DNA of 64,000 nucleotides from Adineta vaga (taxonomy: Eukaryota; Animalia; Rotifera): positions 2,914,001 to 2,978,000 of the forward strand of contig CP075495.1 of assembly GCA_021613535.1 (NCBI GenBank), in the 5' to 3' direction. Position 1 is the first letter of the stretch, and each line of letters starts with the position of its first letter. Shown one piece after another: positions 24,001 through 38,650 of this stretch. Below the pieces are notes generated by a model that saw only the letters and a list, made by a program, of their open reading frames with translations, searched no databases and had not been told where the DNA came from. The position numbers and the translations under genes were made by a program.

Positions 24001-27000
24001 TCGAATATTCATCTTCAATTCAGCTTGAAGAATACGTAATTTCCATAAACGAATACCTAAACAATAATTCAGAATTTTTCATTTTATCAACAGAACAATT
24101 CGTTTCATTTACTAACCATAACGAAGTACCATTCCACGAACACTTTCTTCTAATTTAGTTGGTTCTATACAAACAGTTGGTACAAAACACATGAAAACAT
24201 GATTACAATCGGTTTTATTTGCTAATGGATGTGAAAAAGAAATTTCTAATTCATCCATTGCTTCAAGTAATCGTCGTTCGGCTTCATTCTGTAAATATTC
24301 ATAACTTGTTTCTTTCGTAATTAAATCTGAATGACGAATAATTGTTCGTGCAAATAGACGATAATCAGCCGATTCATTTTGTTTATTATGAATATTAGCT
24401 TTGCCTAAATAAATATGCATATTATGATTTGATGTTGGAACAAATTCTAAATCAAATGAACGTAATCGATATAATTCAAGTTGATAAGCAAGAGCTGGTT
24501 CAAGATTTCGAAAGATTTTATCTTCTTCAAACTAAAAATAAATCAAAGAAAATGTCAATTAATCATACATAGAAAACTGTCTTACATCTAATCGTTTACG
24601 AAATGTATAATAAATTGGAAATTGTCGCTAGAAGAAAAAAGAAACACAAGAAATGAATGATTTATTGTTTTCAGCTCTCTTTATTCTTTGTGGTTTACTT
24701 TCGATGCAAGAGAAAATGTAATTCGACGAATATTTTTTGCATTACACATTTCTTTCTGAAAGAATAGGAAATATTTCAGATCTAGATATATCATAGAACA
24801 ATCAATAAATATACTCTAGATTGTACGAATTCTCGAAAAATATCTTCCAATTTAAGATTATTTTGAAGATTGGCATCATCTTTTATAAAAACATAGATAA
24901 GATTCGTTGCTTGATCAATCTATTCAAAGAAAAACGACGATTTAAAAAGAAAATACTTATCTAGAATCTTACATCTGATGTGGATTTCTGAGTACTATTT
25001 TGATCAAATGATGCATGTCGGTTATGTCCACGTAATAGTCGACGTCCACTACTCGAAGAACGAAAATTTGGAGGTGTTGCAGTAAATGGAATTAATAATT
25101 CATCGAAACAACTAAATTTTGAAGAAAAACAAAAACACAAATTAAGTCAAATTAATATCGTCAAATTACTTACTTCTTTGCTCGTTCTAAACTATCAAAT
25201 GCAGCAATAATACCTTTTCGTCGAAATAATTGTGGATCATCATCATCTAGAATCATCATTTCATCACTAAAACTTCCTCGTCGAACTGTATGTTCTTGTA
25301 CATATAATCTACAAAGAAATCCTATTTATCGAAAGCAAATGCAAACGCAAACAAACAAATCATACCGATTTGGATGATTCAATGGTAAATAGAGAGAAAA
25401 TTGAACAGTTGTTGTTCCATCCGAAAGTAAACCATGTTTAATACTATGAAGATCATAGGAAATGTAAGAACGTCGAACATAGACCTAATGAATTAATTTG
25501 AAATGAATTGTCGAAAAGTAAAGAAGTAAGACTTACTTCAAGTGCTGATTGTCGTACTTGTATATTTGAATGATAATAAAAACTATGTAAAACATCGAAG
25601 ATACTTGTTTCCGATAGAATTAATTTCTACAAAAAACAACCAAGAAAATATGATCGATTAGTTTTTATTTGTCTTACTTGTAAATTATCTTGACATAATT
25701 TATGTCCATACATATCTAATGCACTTAAAAAGATCGACTCCATTTGATTTAATCGTAATTCATAAGGTGGTTGATGAAATTCAATTAAAACTTGTCGAGA
25801 TTTCAATGCAACTTTAGCATTATTTGTATGCGTTAATAATGTTAATTCACTTAATAATGCTGTTAATTCATCGGTTAATCTTGGATCACGATCAAATAAT
25901 AAATCAATTAACATAATAACTAAAGCATTCTTGGAATTATAATTTGCATGTGAGAAAACGATTTCAACAACTTTATGCATTTCAATTTTATGTTTATCAC
26001 GTAATTGTGTTAAACATTTATCGTATTGTCCATATTGAAATAATGTTTCAACATTTAAATAATTTCTTATTAGATCTGTAATAACTGCTTTCATATGTCC
26101 TTTAATACCAGTTCGATAACGTTGTACTAATTGAACAAGACTTTGAACTGTAGTGAAGAATAATTCACGATCAGCACGACGTTCTAATTTCGCAGCATAA
26201 TTATCCAGACATGTTGCAATAGATTGAGATGGAAATTGAGCAAGAACGGAAGTTAAATTACTTAGATAATTTTTCATTAATTTTTTGATTTCTTTATCAA
26301 CTTCTTTGGGTATACGTTCGGATATATTCGAAAGAATTTCTTCGACTTCAAGTAAAGGTAATGATGGATCACGAAGAATAGAAAATAACTGTTCAACCGT
26401 TGATTTAAGTCTTTCACGAAAATATGGTTCGGGATATGTATATCCTCGAAGAATATTTTCTAATGTTTCTTTTGTTTTTTGAAAAACTTGATTGACTTTT
26501 GTACTTGTTGAACGATCTGTCATTTCAAAATTAAATTTACCATCATATAATTTTGATTGTTTAACAGCACGAGGATCATCAAATATGATTCGTGCAAGAA
26601 TACAAGAAGCATCAAGAATCGCACCGGGACGTTTATTCCATTGAAGACTGAAGAAAGAGAGAGAAAGAGAATGAAATCAAAAACGAAATAATTCAATGTC
26701 TTACTGTCCTTTCGATGGACATCGAAGTTCAGTAACCATTTTCATAACTTCAATTTCTGCATAGACTTGACCAGCTTCGACAGGTCCACCATCTTCGATA
26801 GTATAATGAAGAAGTTTACCGGCAGAAGGTGATCTAAAATTCAAAACACATGTGATTATCAAAAGACATAGAAGTTCGTTCTCTATCTACCTTAATATAG
26901 ATGGATCATTTTCTTTTTGAAAAACGCATGATTTATTATTAATAACAATTCTATAGCTGTCGACTTCTTCTTTCATAAATGTTGAATAACTTGAACCATC

Positions 27001-30000
27001 TAAATTGATTAAAATTCCACCATCTTTCATTCTAAATATAATGATTCAAAAAGATGATTAAATTCAATTTCATACTTACCGATGAGCTTCGACTTCAACA
27101 TAAGAATCATTCATCGTAACAAAAAAACAACTTGGACCACATTGTACCACCTAAAGAGATCGTATCAATTCCTTTTCCTCTTAGATTTGAGTTTTAATGA
27201 ACTTACCTGCAATCTGTATTTAGTCAATTCAGAAATTAATTCAACATACGTTGAAATCGAAAGAGTATTCATTGATAATATCTGACCACTACAGAGAAAA
27301 AAAGCAAATTAAACGAATATCTGCATAAGAGAAATGAGTATGTTACCGCTCGAGTGACGATTGAAAGTTTTGATAATTACTACGAAATTTTTCATCAGCA
27401 ACATGTATGGCACCGCAAACAATTGATACAACAATATCAGGTTTTTCAGTTTGAAATCGTTCGGCAATTAAACCATCTAGCCAACTAGTGTCCGCTGTAT
27501 TATTTATGAAAGTATCTGTTTCTAATAAACGTATTAAAATTTCCACTGAAAAGAAAAGAAAATGAATTTAAACATCAATATATGATGAATTTGTATGTCT
27601 TACCTGTCGAATGAAAATCTCCTCGAATTGATAATTCTTTTAATGCAACAACGAGATTTCTGTAAAGAAACAAAAATGGTAAATTTGAAAAGAAATGATT
27701 CTACGAACTCTCGTGCATCTTCTCGTGTATCACCATGTGAAAAAATATGTCCAAATTGAGAATCGGCAAATTCATGTAAACCACCGGCTGATGATATACT
27801 AAAATATCCCCAAACATTCTGTCGACTACGAAAATTTAATTCTTCAACTGTTCCAGAACTTGGTTTAAATCCCTAAAAAATCTCTTAAATACATAAAAAA
27901 AAAGATTTATATATTCATAACTTACCTCATCGGGATTTTCACTTGTTATACGTGCAGCAATTGCATGACCATGTGGTAATGGTTTATTTTGAAATTCATC
28001 AAAATCAATATGAGAAATACCAAACGGTTCTTCGCCATATAAAAGTCGAATATCTTTAATTCGATGTAAACATATACCCATAGCGACCTTTGAAAAGAGA
28101 AAATGTATAACATAAAAACATTGAAGTGATGATTTAAATAATATATCTTTACCTGTAATTGACATGCAGGTAAATTTACATCAGTAACCATTTCTGTGCA
28201 AGGATGTTCCACTTGTAACCGAGGATTAAGTTCAAGAAAGAAGAATGTTTGATCATTTGGATTATATAAATATTCAATTGTTCCAGCACTAAAATGATCG
28301 TAATAGTAAAATAAGTTTTTACTTTCATAGATAAAAACAAACCTGACATAACCAACCATTCGTGCTAAACGTACAGCGGCTTTTTCCATTTGTTCAAGAA
28401 TTTCTGGTGGTGCAATAATAGCAGGTGCTTCTTCGATAATCTTCTGATGACGCCGTTGAATGGAACAATCTCGACCAAATAATGATATTGCTTGTCCACT
28501 TTGATCAGCCAGAATTTGTACTTCCAAATGTCGACAACTATCTGCATATTTCATTAGAAATATAGGTGAACCAGGAACTTCAGTTTGTACCTATGAATTC
28601 AATTTAATGCAAATTATCAAACACAATAGTTTTCGTTTTACTTGTCGGAAAAGATTTTCGAAATCATCTTGACTAACTGACTTTCGTATACCTTTACCAC
28701 CACCACCTTCAGATGCTTTGATCATCACCGGAAAACCAATTTTAGTTGCAACCTAATAAGAGGGAAAAAAAGAACAAGATCGTTATTTATTTCATTTCTT
28801 AAATTAAACAAGACAAAATAACTAATGATATCTTACTTCAACACCTTCTTTTCCATCAGTAATACATGCTTTTTCGTATAAATCCATTGGTACATTAATA
28901 CCTTCTCGATCATCATCATTCTTAGTAATTCTAAGATCTATAATGAACTTTTATTTAGTTTTCATCATCGAATAAATTATAAAATCTCAAATTCATTATT
29001 CTGTATTCAAATTCATTCAACTTACGTGATCCACTCCATGGCAATGTTGGTACATTTGCACTTTGAGCAATAATACTCGACGCTATTTTATCTCCTAAGA
29101 AAATCCATTGCAAATAGACAATAAAAATAAGTCGTTATTCATTTGAAAATCTCACCTAATGCCCACATTGCCTGTTCAGGTGGACCTATATTGATGATGA
29201 AAAGAGTCAAAAGAACTTTTTCAACAGTAAAAATAAGTTATTACCGATAAAAACGATTCCATTACGATGAAGTAATTCAGGTAGTTTGGGGTTTTCCGAT
29301 GCATGACCCCATCCAGCCCAGACAGCTAAAAATCAAAGTAAATTATCTTTTCATAATAGATTTTCAAAAACAAACCTTCAACTGGAAAACGTTTAGCAAT
29401 ATCAAGAATAAGTTCACAATTCGAATAATTCATATGTGATGGACCACCTTGAACATTCACATAATGATCTGCATATCGAATATACTCTATAAAAATAAAT
29501 AATTAATCAATTAACAAGAATCAATAAGAAAAAGAAAAGTATACCAGCATTCGCTTTCATATCTTCAGGTGTAACCATAGCAACAAATTTAATAGCATTC
29601 TCTTGACGAAACATTTCATAGGACCAACGTCGAATTGATCGCATACATTTGACAGCTGCAATACCATTATTTGCAATAAGAATCTAAATTGAAATTTATT
29701 CATTTTACAACGGTTAAAACAAAATTCTTCGTTTTATTTCTTACTTTATTAATAACACGTCTTCCACCTAAGAATTCACAAAGTTCTTTAGGTGTTGATA
29801 CTGAAAGTGATTGTCGTAAAGATGAAGTCGAACCGAATGAAATTCCCGACATATTTCTAAAATGAAAGAAAAAAACCGTGTTTGCTAAAAATCGATTGAT
29901 CATGCGACATAAAGAAATCGTCATACGTCTTTCGAGTGTATATATGAATCTTTTTGTCCGTTCTTTTTATTGAAAATAGAGGGAGGGAGAGAGAGAGAGA

Positions 30001-30312
30001 GACAAGCACGTTTTAAGGCACGTACCGTTTATAGAGGTTTGGCGTTGATTTGCTTTCCCCTGTTGCATTATGACATGAACTTAATGCCGTTTTGGGGTTA
30101 GTTCTATTTGTAATCGAATTTGGTGTAGAATCAAGTGATGAGATCGATGGTGCATTTGAATTGGCAGATAATTCAAGAAATTCATCGATTTCTTCTAAGG
30201 ATTCATCGAAACCATCATGATGTTCAAGATCAAATGAGACTTTTGTTGATTGAATATTTTCTTTCTTTGGATTTTTTAATTGAAAATCCTTTTCTTCCTT
30301 ATCCGTAGCCAT
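21005..30312 (-). CDS. ACACA: Acetyl-CoA carboxylase (multidomain eukaryotic type, many exons)
   Basis: [49 protein letters not shown], biotin site [22 protein letters not shown]. Confidence 0.97.
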
Positions 30313-30978
30313 TGAAAATCAAAATGAATATGAATTCGACTAGAATAATAAAAATCACTATCTAGAAAAGAAATAACATAATACATACATTAAATACTTA
30401 AAGAAACAACTGTATTTTGTTCTCCATGAATGTATGGTACCTTTAAATACGTTACTTGAATCAAGTCAACTATTACATATTTACTTTTCTATTTTCGCTT
30501 TTCTTTTATCTATAGAAGGCGTTTTTTTCTTCTTCTCTTCGTTCTAAACAAAAGAAACGACCAGGTTTATATATCGAAGATATATAAGCACGCCGTGAAT
30601 TGATGATCATCTGTGTGTATCATCAGTTAGAAATGATTATGAAAACGAGAAGGTTACATCGGTACAACTAACAATTAATGAAAAGATATTCTTAGTCTGT
30701 AATTAAACGAAGTCAAATATGAATTGAAGTCGAAAAACTATATAATAAAGAGGATTAGATAAAAAGAAGAATACAACTTGTCTTACCATCTCTTGATCGA
30801 TAGATTTAATACGCATAGAAAAATATGACGTAGAACATGCGTTATGTGAATGATGTAGATAAGAAAAACGAAATTAAAACAAGAATATGAATTGTATAGA
30901 TTGATTTTATTCTATTTTAAATAAAAAATAACTAAAAAAAACAAGAATAATGAAAATATTTGGTTTCGTTTTGTAAAC

Positions 30979-31875
30979 TTAATTTTCATCACTATCATTT
31001 AATTTATCTTGGAAAGTATCTAGATTTGTCATAATTACTAATTGATTTGTATCGTCGTCACTATCTGATTTATCACTATTATTATTACTGGAAATAATCG
31101 ATGATGATTGTTGTAAAGATGTTTGAATAATCGCCCAATCTTCAGTCACATTAATATCAGATAATTGATAGAAAATGGCAAGATTATCTTTTTCAATTGT
31201 TCGTCGTTTTTTTCGATTTATTGGTTTAATTGAATCATATGAATCTGTACGTTTTTTATTGACTGTTATTGTCTGTTGTTGATATTCTAATGGATAGAAT
31301 TCTTGTAAAATATTTGCACATAATTCACTTTTCATTTTTAATGTTTCAATTTCATCAATTTGATTTTGAATATTTTCTTTCATATGATAATATAGAAGAA
31401 ATTTATCATTTTCTAACGTTTGTTCTAAACTTAATAATTCTGATTGAGTTGAATTTTCTAAAGCTTCGAGTTCAATTTCATGCCGTTGTTTAGCTATGTC
31501 TAAACGTAATTTCATTTCATCATATAATTTTGCTAATTCATGTTGATATTCAGGTGCTTCTTCATTTTCTATGGCAATTAATTTTGTATCAAGAAAAAGA
31601 ATACTTTGGTCGTAGAAAATATTTTTTAATTGATCAAATTGTTTTTCTAAATTCATCATTTCATACATGATTTCATAACGACGTGTATCATAATAATCTA
31701 ATGATGATGTTGAACAATCAGTTCGACCAAATATTTGAAGAATATGTTGAATTTCTTGAATAGAATCTTCATCACTATCGTCAAACTCTGGATTGGAATC
31801 ATCTGTTTCAGGTGACCATGATTGATTTCTTGAATGGATTTGATCATCATTTAGATTCATTTTTTTTTCTTTCAT
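30979..31875 (-). CDS. BRMS1/Sds3-family Sin3-HDAC subunit, intronless
   Basis: EMMNLEKQFDQLK..EAPEY..LENDKFLLY aligns with BRMS1 (EMLDLEKQFSELK..RAPEY..LESEKLLLY). First true ATG at 31875. Confidence 0.8.
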   Translation of the reverse strand: MKEKKMNLNDDQIHSRNQSWSPETDDSNPEFDDSDEDSIQEIQHILQIFGRTDCSTSSLDYYDTRRYEIMYEMMNLEKQFDQLKNIFYDQSILFLDTKLIAIENEEAPEYQHELAKLYDEMKLRLDIAKQRHEIELEALENSTQSELLSLEQTLENDKFLLYYHMKENIQNQIDEIETLKMKSELCANILQEFYPLEYQQQTITVNKKRTDSYDSIKPINRKKRRTIEKDNLAIFYQLSDINVTEDWAIIQTSLQQSSSIISSNNNSDKSDSDDDTNQLVIMTNLDTFQDKLNDSDEN

Positions 31876-32131
31876 CGTAATATTTTTATCAATATAGAAC
31901 ACGCGGTCGTTCGGTTCGGTTTTTCTTTACGCATTTTTATTGTACTGCATCGACAACCAACTAGGAAATTGTTAGCAAAGTGACACCTATGATTGTGACC
32001 AAAAAAAAAAAGAAAAGTTCATTTTGTTTATTTTAAGAGTGTGTTGCACTGTATGACCTTTATATTAATAGTTCATATAGAAATAGAATTCTTCGTTTGA
32101 ATGAAGAAAAAAATATAGCGAGAAAAAGAAA

Positions 32132-32203
32132 TTCCGGTGCCGGGGATCGAACCCGGGCCTAGACGGTGAGAGCGTCCAATCCTAACCACTAGACCACACC
32201 GGA
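32132..32203 (-). tRNA. tRNA-Glu (anticodon CTC)
   Basis: TCCGGTGTGGTCTAGTGGTTAGGATTGGACGCTCTCACCGTCTAGGCCCGGGTTCGATCCCCGGCACCGGAA; full cloverleaf, A/B boxes, T-tract terminator. Confidence 0.97.
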
Positions 32204-32444
32204 TGATAAACGATTATCCCAAAATCTATACTTATATATTGTCTTCATTTGTTTATCTAGAAAGAACAAAATGTTGATTGGTCTGTCATCGATATATACA
32301 TAGCTATCTATCTTCATGTTTGTTTGTCACATGTAGTTAGAAGGAAAATAATGTACGATGAATATCTTCGATCAACAGAGCGATGGACCCAATAAATAAT
32401 TTGTCGACATGTTTTTCTTTTATTTTTTTAGAAAATTGTTTTTC

Positions 32445-35400
32445 ATGTCGTCATTATTACCCAACGAATTTATTCTTCCATCAATAGCTAATATACAATA
32501 TTCTCGTGTTGCACTTAAACCTGGTGGAAAAAAATCAGCACAAGTTTGTTTACGATTAATGTGATAATTTCCTCTTGATAATGTATTTGGTTTTTTCGTC
32601 TAGTTAGTCTATTTCAATCATGAAGAAGATATTAGTCAAGCAATGCAAACAATCTTTGAAAATAAAGCATTTGATTTACCTTCACCAAAGATAATCATTG
32701 TTCTTGAAGGTGGAATTAGTAATGCAAGTGAACGATTAAATGATTTCAATGAAAAGCAATTCTCAACATTAGTCGCAAGATTACTTTTAGATATTGGTAA
32801 GAAATATTCGGTGGTAATAAATCTTTTGTTTATGTATTTGATTTCTAGGACGAAATAAATTAAGCAATGATCAAGGTGCTCCATGGTTGTTCAGTAATAT
32901 TCGACATGTATGAAAAAATTTTAGGAGAAAGAAAGAAGTTTGATTTGTTTATTTTTCTTTAGGATTCAGTTGCTGGACGAATTATTCAAACAACAAAGCA
33001 ACAATATCTAGCGAATGATATTCCTCTATCACGTTTTGTAACTATTGGTATTGATATTTGTCCTTCAGTTTCGGTAAGAATATTTTAAAATGAATAGAAG
33101 TGAGCATGCCTTTGTTTTTTGATCAAATTTTAGTTAGAAGATGCACCACATGATTATCATTCACTTGTTAATGCCATTACAAATGGTTTTCAAGAGAAAT
33201 CGATTAGTGAAATGAATACAAATGGATATGTTAATTATCGAATATTAAATAAACGTTTAGGACGTATTATTCTTTATGGAAGAAAACAAGAAGATTTAAT
33301 TGATCGAACAACAGTCTTACAACGTTGTGTAGAAGAAATTGGACGAGTACGAGATAGTGATAAAAGTGAATGTGGTATGTTTAATTTAGGATTCAAAATA
33401 AATGTAAATATTTTGGAAATCTACTTTTTAGTTAGTGTACCTAAGATATTGTTACTCTATGGTGGTGATGTGGATAATATTGAACCAATTCATCGATTAT
33501 TAAGTACAGAAATTGATCGAAAGAAATTTGGATTAGTTATTATTCGAGTAAGTAAAGAGAATTTATTTTCAGATTGAATATTCGAGTATTTTAGGGTTCG
33601 GGTGGATTAGCTGATGTTCTTGCTTGGGTTTGTGATAAGATTCTAAGTGGTGGAACATGTATCCATAGATCAGAAATGAAGTAAATCGTTTTTGATGATG
33701 AATCAAATTGAATATTTTGAAAAAAATGTCTAGAGCATTATCAAAAATATTTCTTCGAGAATTAAAAGTATTAGTTAGTCAATTGCTTGGCAGCGATATA
33801 ACCGATAATTTAATCACCTTAGTGACGTATTTAGCTGTAACTCGATGTAAAAAAATACGTGTTTGTGATGAAGATGATGATCTTTCTTTATATCTTCTCG
33901 AAGCATTAGTTACAGGTAAATATTATCTTTAACGATTTTGTATAGATTTAAACTTTTACTTTTCATTTAGCTAATCAAAATCAACGTTTATCATCCTTAA
34001 AATTACATCTATCATTAGCATTTGATTTAAATCAACCAAAATTTGCTAGTCGAATGTTACGTACTAATCAAGATATACCAGAAGAAGTAGGATTGAATGA
34101 GAAAATTTCAAGAATATATTCCCAATGTATTCTTAGGATCTAATTCAACTAGCTAAAATGGCAATTATACGTGATCAAGTTCAATTTCTTCATGTTTTAG
34201 AAGATACATGTGGAATTACATCGGATAATCTTGGCGAGAAATTTGAATGTGAATTAAGTGTCAAAATGGTAAGTAAAGACAATCGATTATTAGTTTAATC
34301 ATTGATAAAGAAACAAACGAAAAGATTTTATTATTTTATAGAATTATAATCATGATTTATTTCTTGAATGTATTCAACAAGATTTTGGTTGTAGTCTTGA
34401 TGATGTTTATCGATCAGTAAGTTGATATAAAGAAGAACAAGAAGAATAGAATTGATTTATTTGAATTCTAGGCGGATGAAAATAGTGAAACAGCTGAAGA
34501 TGAACTGCAATCAATCAATGTGAAATTATTTCTATGGGCTGTATTTTTTGATCATTATAATTTATCATTACATTTTTGGAGACGATTGAATGTAAGATTC
34601 TTTAAGATTATTTCAATGTAGCAATATGAACAAAAGGAAATAATCTGTTTAGGATCGACTTTGTGGTGCACTTGTTGCTGCACTTGTCTATCGTCATACA
34701 GCTGATTTATGTGTTAAACGAAGTTCAACAGAAATTGTCACTGTACAAAAATTAAGAGATCATGCTGAGTAAGAGAAAAAGAAATACTTTTGAAAACTTA
34801 TGCTTATTTAAATCGATATTTTTAGTGAATATGAAAATCTTGCAATACGTCTTCTTCAGTGTTTATATTTATCAAATCCTAATATGGCACGTTTAGCTTT
34901 AAAACGTGAAAATTTTGAATTTAATAAACTTTCATCATTGGAAGTTGCTAGTATGTTGATAAAATGTTCATCAAGAAAATTTTCACATCAAATATTTCTT
35001 ATTTAGTTATGTCACGTAGTGAAGATTTTGTTGGACATACAAGTGTTCAAGAAGTATTTGATGTTATCTGGAGTGGTGAAACATCACATAAGGTAATTCA
35101 TTTCTACGAATTTTATCATATATAATTGAAATAGACTTGTCTTCTCTCTGTTGTTGTACATCACATTTGTAATGAATAATTTTCAATTGTTTAGATAAAG
35201 GGTAAACATTTTGATCGTATGCTTGCAACTACTGCATCATCATTTGGTCATGCAACAACTGGCATACAGTATGAAAGTTTCCTAACTATAAATATTTCTA
35301 TTGATTATCTTTTCTAGAGCAAAAGATCAACAAAATTTCTTGAAATATATCTTAACAATGAAAAATAAATTATCACGACCACGAGTTAAATATCAAGTTC

Positions 35401-37264
35401 ATTTTCTATTCTATCTGATCTTTCTATCTCTTCTATCATATCTTGTTCTATTTGTAAAACCATCGTTGATCGAATTAAATGAAGAAATGACTATTTTAAT
35501 ACAAAATGATACTTGTCCTGACGAGAATAATATGTTTTGTGCAAAACCAATATCGTCGAAACAATCATGGTCATTTCTACAATTACTTATCAATATATGG
35601 GTATTTATGTTTGCATTAGAAGAATTTCGACAAGTAAGAACATTAATTGAATGATTTTCGAATGAAATCTTTTCTTTATTTTAATCAAGGCAAAATTATT
35701 TAAAACAAAAACTAATAGTCTTGCACAAACATTTTTACTCTATTTGGATGAATCTTGGAATAAACTTGATCTACTCTGTGTGGTTATGTATGTTGCTTCG
35801 ATTACTTTGGAATCCTACAATACAAAAACAACACTAAATGCAGCAAGGTTTGATAATTTGAAATTCTCACGATTTTCTTCATTGCATATTTTCGTTTCAA
35901 TAGAGCTTTTCTTGCTGTTGATGTTGTTTTATGGTTTATACGTTTATTGATCTTATTAATGATTGATCGAACAGTTGGACCGATGCTTCTAATGATTCAA
36001 GCTATGGTAGGAGTGGTCTGTGTTTTGAATGATTTGATGTATTAGCATGTTTAATGCTTATATAAATATCTTATCATTTTTTCTTACATTTGAAATGTGT
36101 TTTATGTGGAAATTTTTGATTTCTTTAGCTCAATGATATGATGACATTCTTCTCGATATTTTTCGTTTTTACATCGGCGTATGGTGTAGCATCGTTTTCA
36201 TTGTTAAAAAGTGGACAACCACCACTTGATTTTGCTATATTTCGAAAAATTTTTCATGCTGCTTATTGGTATGATCGATTTTTGTTTTCTTTGAAAAAAG
36301 AATATTTCATTGAATTGTATTGCTAGGCATGTTTTTGGTCAAATCAATGATCTTGATGATGTTAAAGGTATTGAAAGACTCAATTGATGCGTTTGATAAT
36401 ACAAATTGTTTATTGTAGATAATTTTGAATTGACTGGTTGGGCAGCATTTGTATTATTAGCCTTTTATATGGCTGTTAGTAATATTCTCTTGGTGAATCT
36501 TCTTGTTGCAATGTTTTCGTACGTATTGATTGAATATTTTTATACATAAATTGAAAAACTTTATTTTCTTTTAGAAATACATTCGATCGAATGTATTCAA
36601 AAATGGATACCTTATGGAAATTTCATCGGTTCGTTCACTTCGAAAATTTATATCTCATTCGTTTTCTCCTTATCATTTAGTTATCATATTATCAAAGAAT
36701 ATACAATTCTTGCTCCATTACCACCACCATTAAATCTTCTTAGTACAGGAAATTATGAATCCAAACCTTTTAATCGTAAGTATAAAAATAAACATCTCTA
36801 TTTCGCATTTTTTCATTTTAATATATCTAATACTTTCTATTCGTGTATTCTTGTTCTGTGTTATCTTCTATTTTCTAGGGCAGACATCATTCTTCGGTGA
36901 GTGCATGTCTTCCTTCAATGAGATTCTTGTGATGTTTGGATGGTGTCAATAATGTTTTCTTCCCAGTTTTTTTCTCTCTCCTTTTGCCTGTATATTATAT
37001 TCACATATAGCATAGATATGTATAGCACATGGTTTGTTCTCAAAAAAAACTTTTATCTTTCTAGCTGAATTATCATCTGATCAAATCTTAAATTTACGAC
37101 GACGTGAAGCACTTGCTTACGAAAGTGATGTTTTCGAACAAGCTGCCAAAGAAAAACTATCCGAAGTGAATCAACAAGAGAAAATCGATTCACAATTACG
37201 TCATTTACGTAAGACAGTTGCTCATGTCAAACTTACATGTGAAGCATCAACAATGGACAATTAA
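32445..37264 (+). CDS. TRPM-family cation channel (many exons)
   Basis: PSPKIIIVLEGG, GSGGLAD, LFLWAV, WNKLD, VGPMLLMI, FGQ pore, NILLVNLLVAMFS, TRP box WKFHRY, LPPPLN. Confidence 0.9.
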
Positions 37265-37474
37265 ATGTATTCACACATTATGTACATATATTCCTTTTTT
37301 GATCTGTCTTTCACCCGTATTAATGCAAAATGTGTAGTTTTTCTTTCGTGTTCTTTTGATATAGATGGTATTCTTTTTTTTATATGATTCAGTATAATAA
37401 TCTGGCATCTCTTTTTTTGTGAAAAAATTTTCAATACTTAAGCAATAAAGATAATAAAAAATTTTGTCGATAAA

Positions 37475-38300
37475 ATGACAACAAATGATGTTGTCATGAA
37501 AGAAAAACGACGAATACTTCAGTGCTAGGGATAAGTCTTTTACGAAGAAATGGAATTCATTTAAAGTAAGAAAAAGATCTTTATGGATTTTTCATGATCG
37601 ATTTAACCAGTAGTGTTGATATTTCGAGTAATAATGACATCTACTAATACTTTCAATGAAACATGGTATCGATCTATTCCATATTAAACACCATTTACTA
37701 AATACAAATCATCATCATTATTATCGTACCTAATTCCACTTAACTTCATCTTCATCGATTTCAATTTGAACATATTTTTAAGATTCGAATGAAGTTTTTT
37801 ACTCATCTAAGTACTTGAAATGTTCATGTATCCAACTTTCTCTCGGTCGGTAATGTTCGATTTATTTCCTTTGAATACTATCGACGAACGTTTAGATGAA
37901 TTACATACACAGGAAAACGATTATGAAACTGCAAGAAAACACTTGTACAATATTATGATAGAGTGTACTACGAAAGAAGAAGGATTGACGATAAACAATT
38001 TACTAAATAGTTACAACAACTAGCTTCAGGGAATAAATCAGGAACTTTTGGAACTGTTAAGAAAACAAGTGAAAAATGATAGGTTTCTGTTATATTTTAT
38101 GTTTCTTTTTTCTATATATCTTGTTTTTGTCCAACACGAGCTGTTGATTCGCCAAATAAAAAGACGAGATGCCGTCTTCCACCGCCAATAAGTAGTTCTA
38201 AATGGACGTTTGATATTCTCAAGTCATATTCAATAGTTATCAAAGAAATTTACTCGATGGATGAATTTCTCTACGAAAATGTTTCGGAAGCATCTGGTAA
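37475..38300 (+). pseudogene. Decayed gene of unknown family
   Basis: The frame continues past the in-frame TAG at 38021-38023 (NSYNN*LQGINQELLELLRKQ). After an intron-like gap it reads PPPISSSKWTFDILKSYSIVIKEI. Upstream parts are frameshifted. Confidence 0.45.
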
Positions 38301-38600
38301 GCATTCGATACATATCTGACGAAAGATTATCTAATAATTTTGATTAAGAATAATTCATACCGAATTCCATTGCGAAAGAAACATGTGTATTTATGAATAG
38401 AAAGAAGAAGCAAAGTTTCGTATAGATCAAAAAAGGAGTATGTTGACTATGATTACTATATAATGTATGTGCTTCACAATATTAAGTTAAGTCATTGAAT
38501 AGATTGCATCGAAAAAGTATCAATCAAAGTAAGAGTTGGATATTTTCGTGTAAAAGTAATGTTTGTTATTCAATCATAGTAAATCAAGTTCAATAGACAT

Positions 38601-38650
38601 GTAATACCAAGGAATCAAGATCCAATTCTAACCACTAGACCCTACCGAAA
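38601..38650 (-). pseudogene. Degenerate tRNA-Glu copy with the anticodon region deleted
   Basis: tccaattctaaccactagaccctaccgaa matches tccaatcctaaccactagaccacaccgga of the tRNA at 32175-32203, and the adjacent flank is also similar. Confidence 0.7.

Noticed and set aside
30787-30789. ATG|gtaag micro-exon as an alternative ACC start
   Set aside because: Splicing to the next acceptor meets an in-frame TGA before 30312, and the following acceptor is out of frame. At most it is a uORF.
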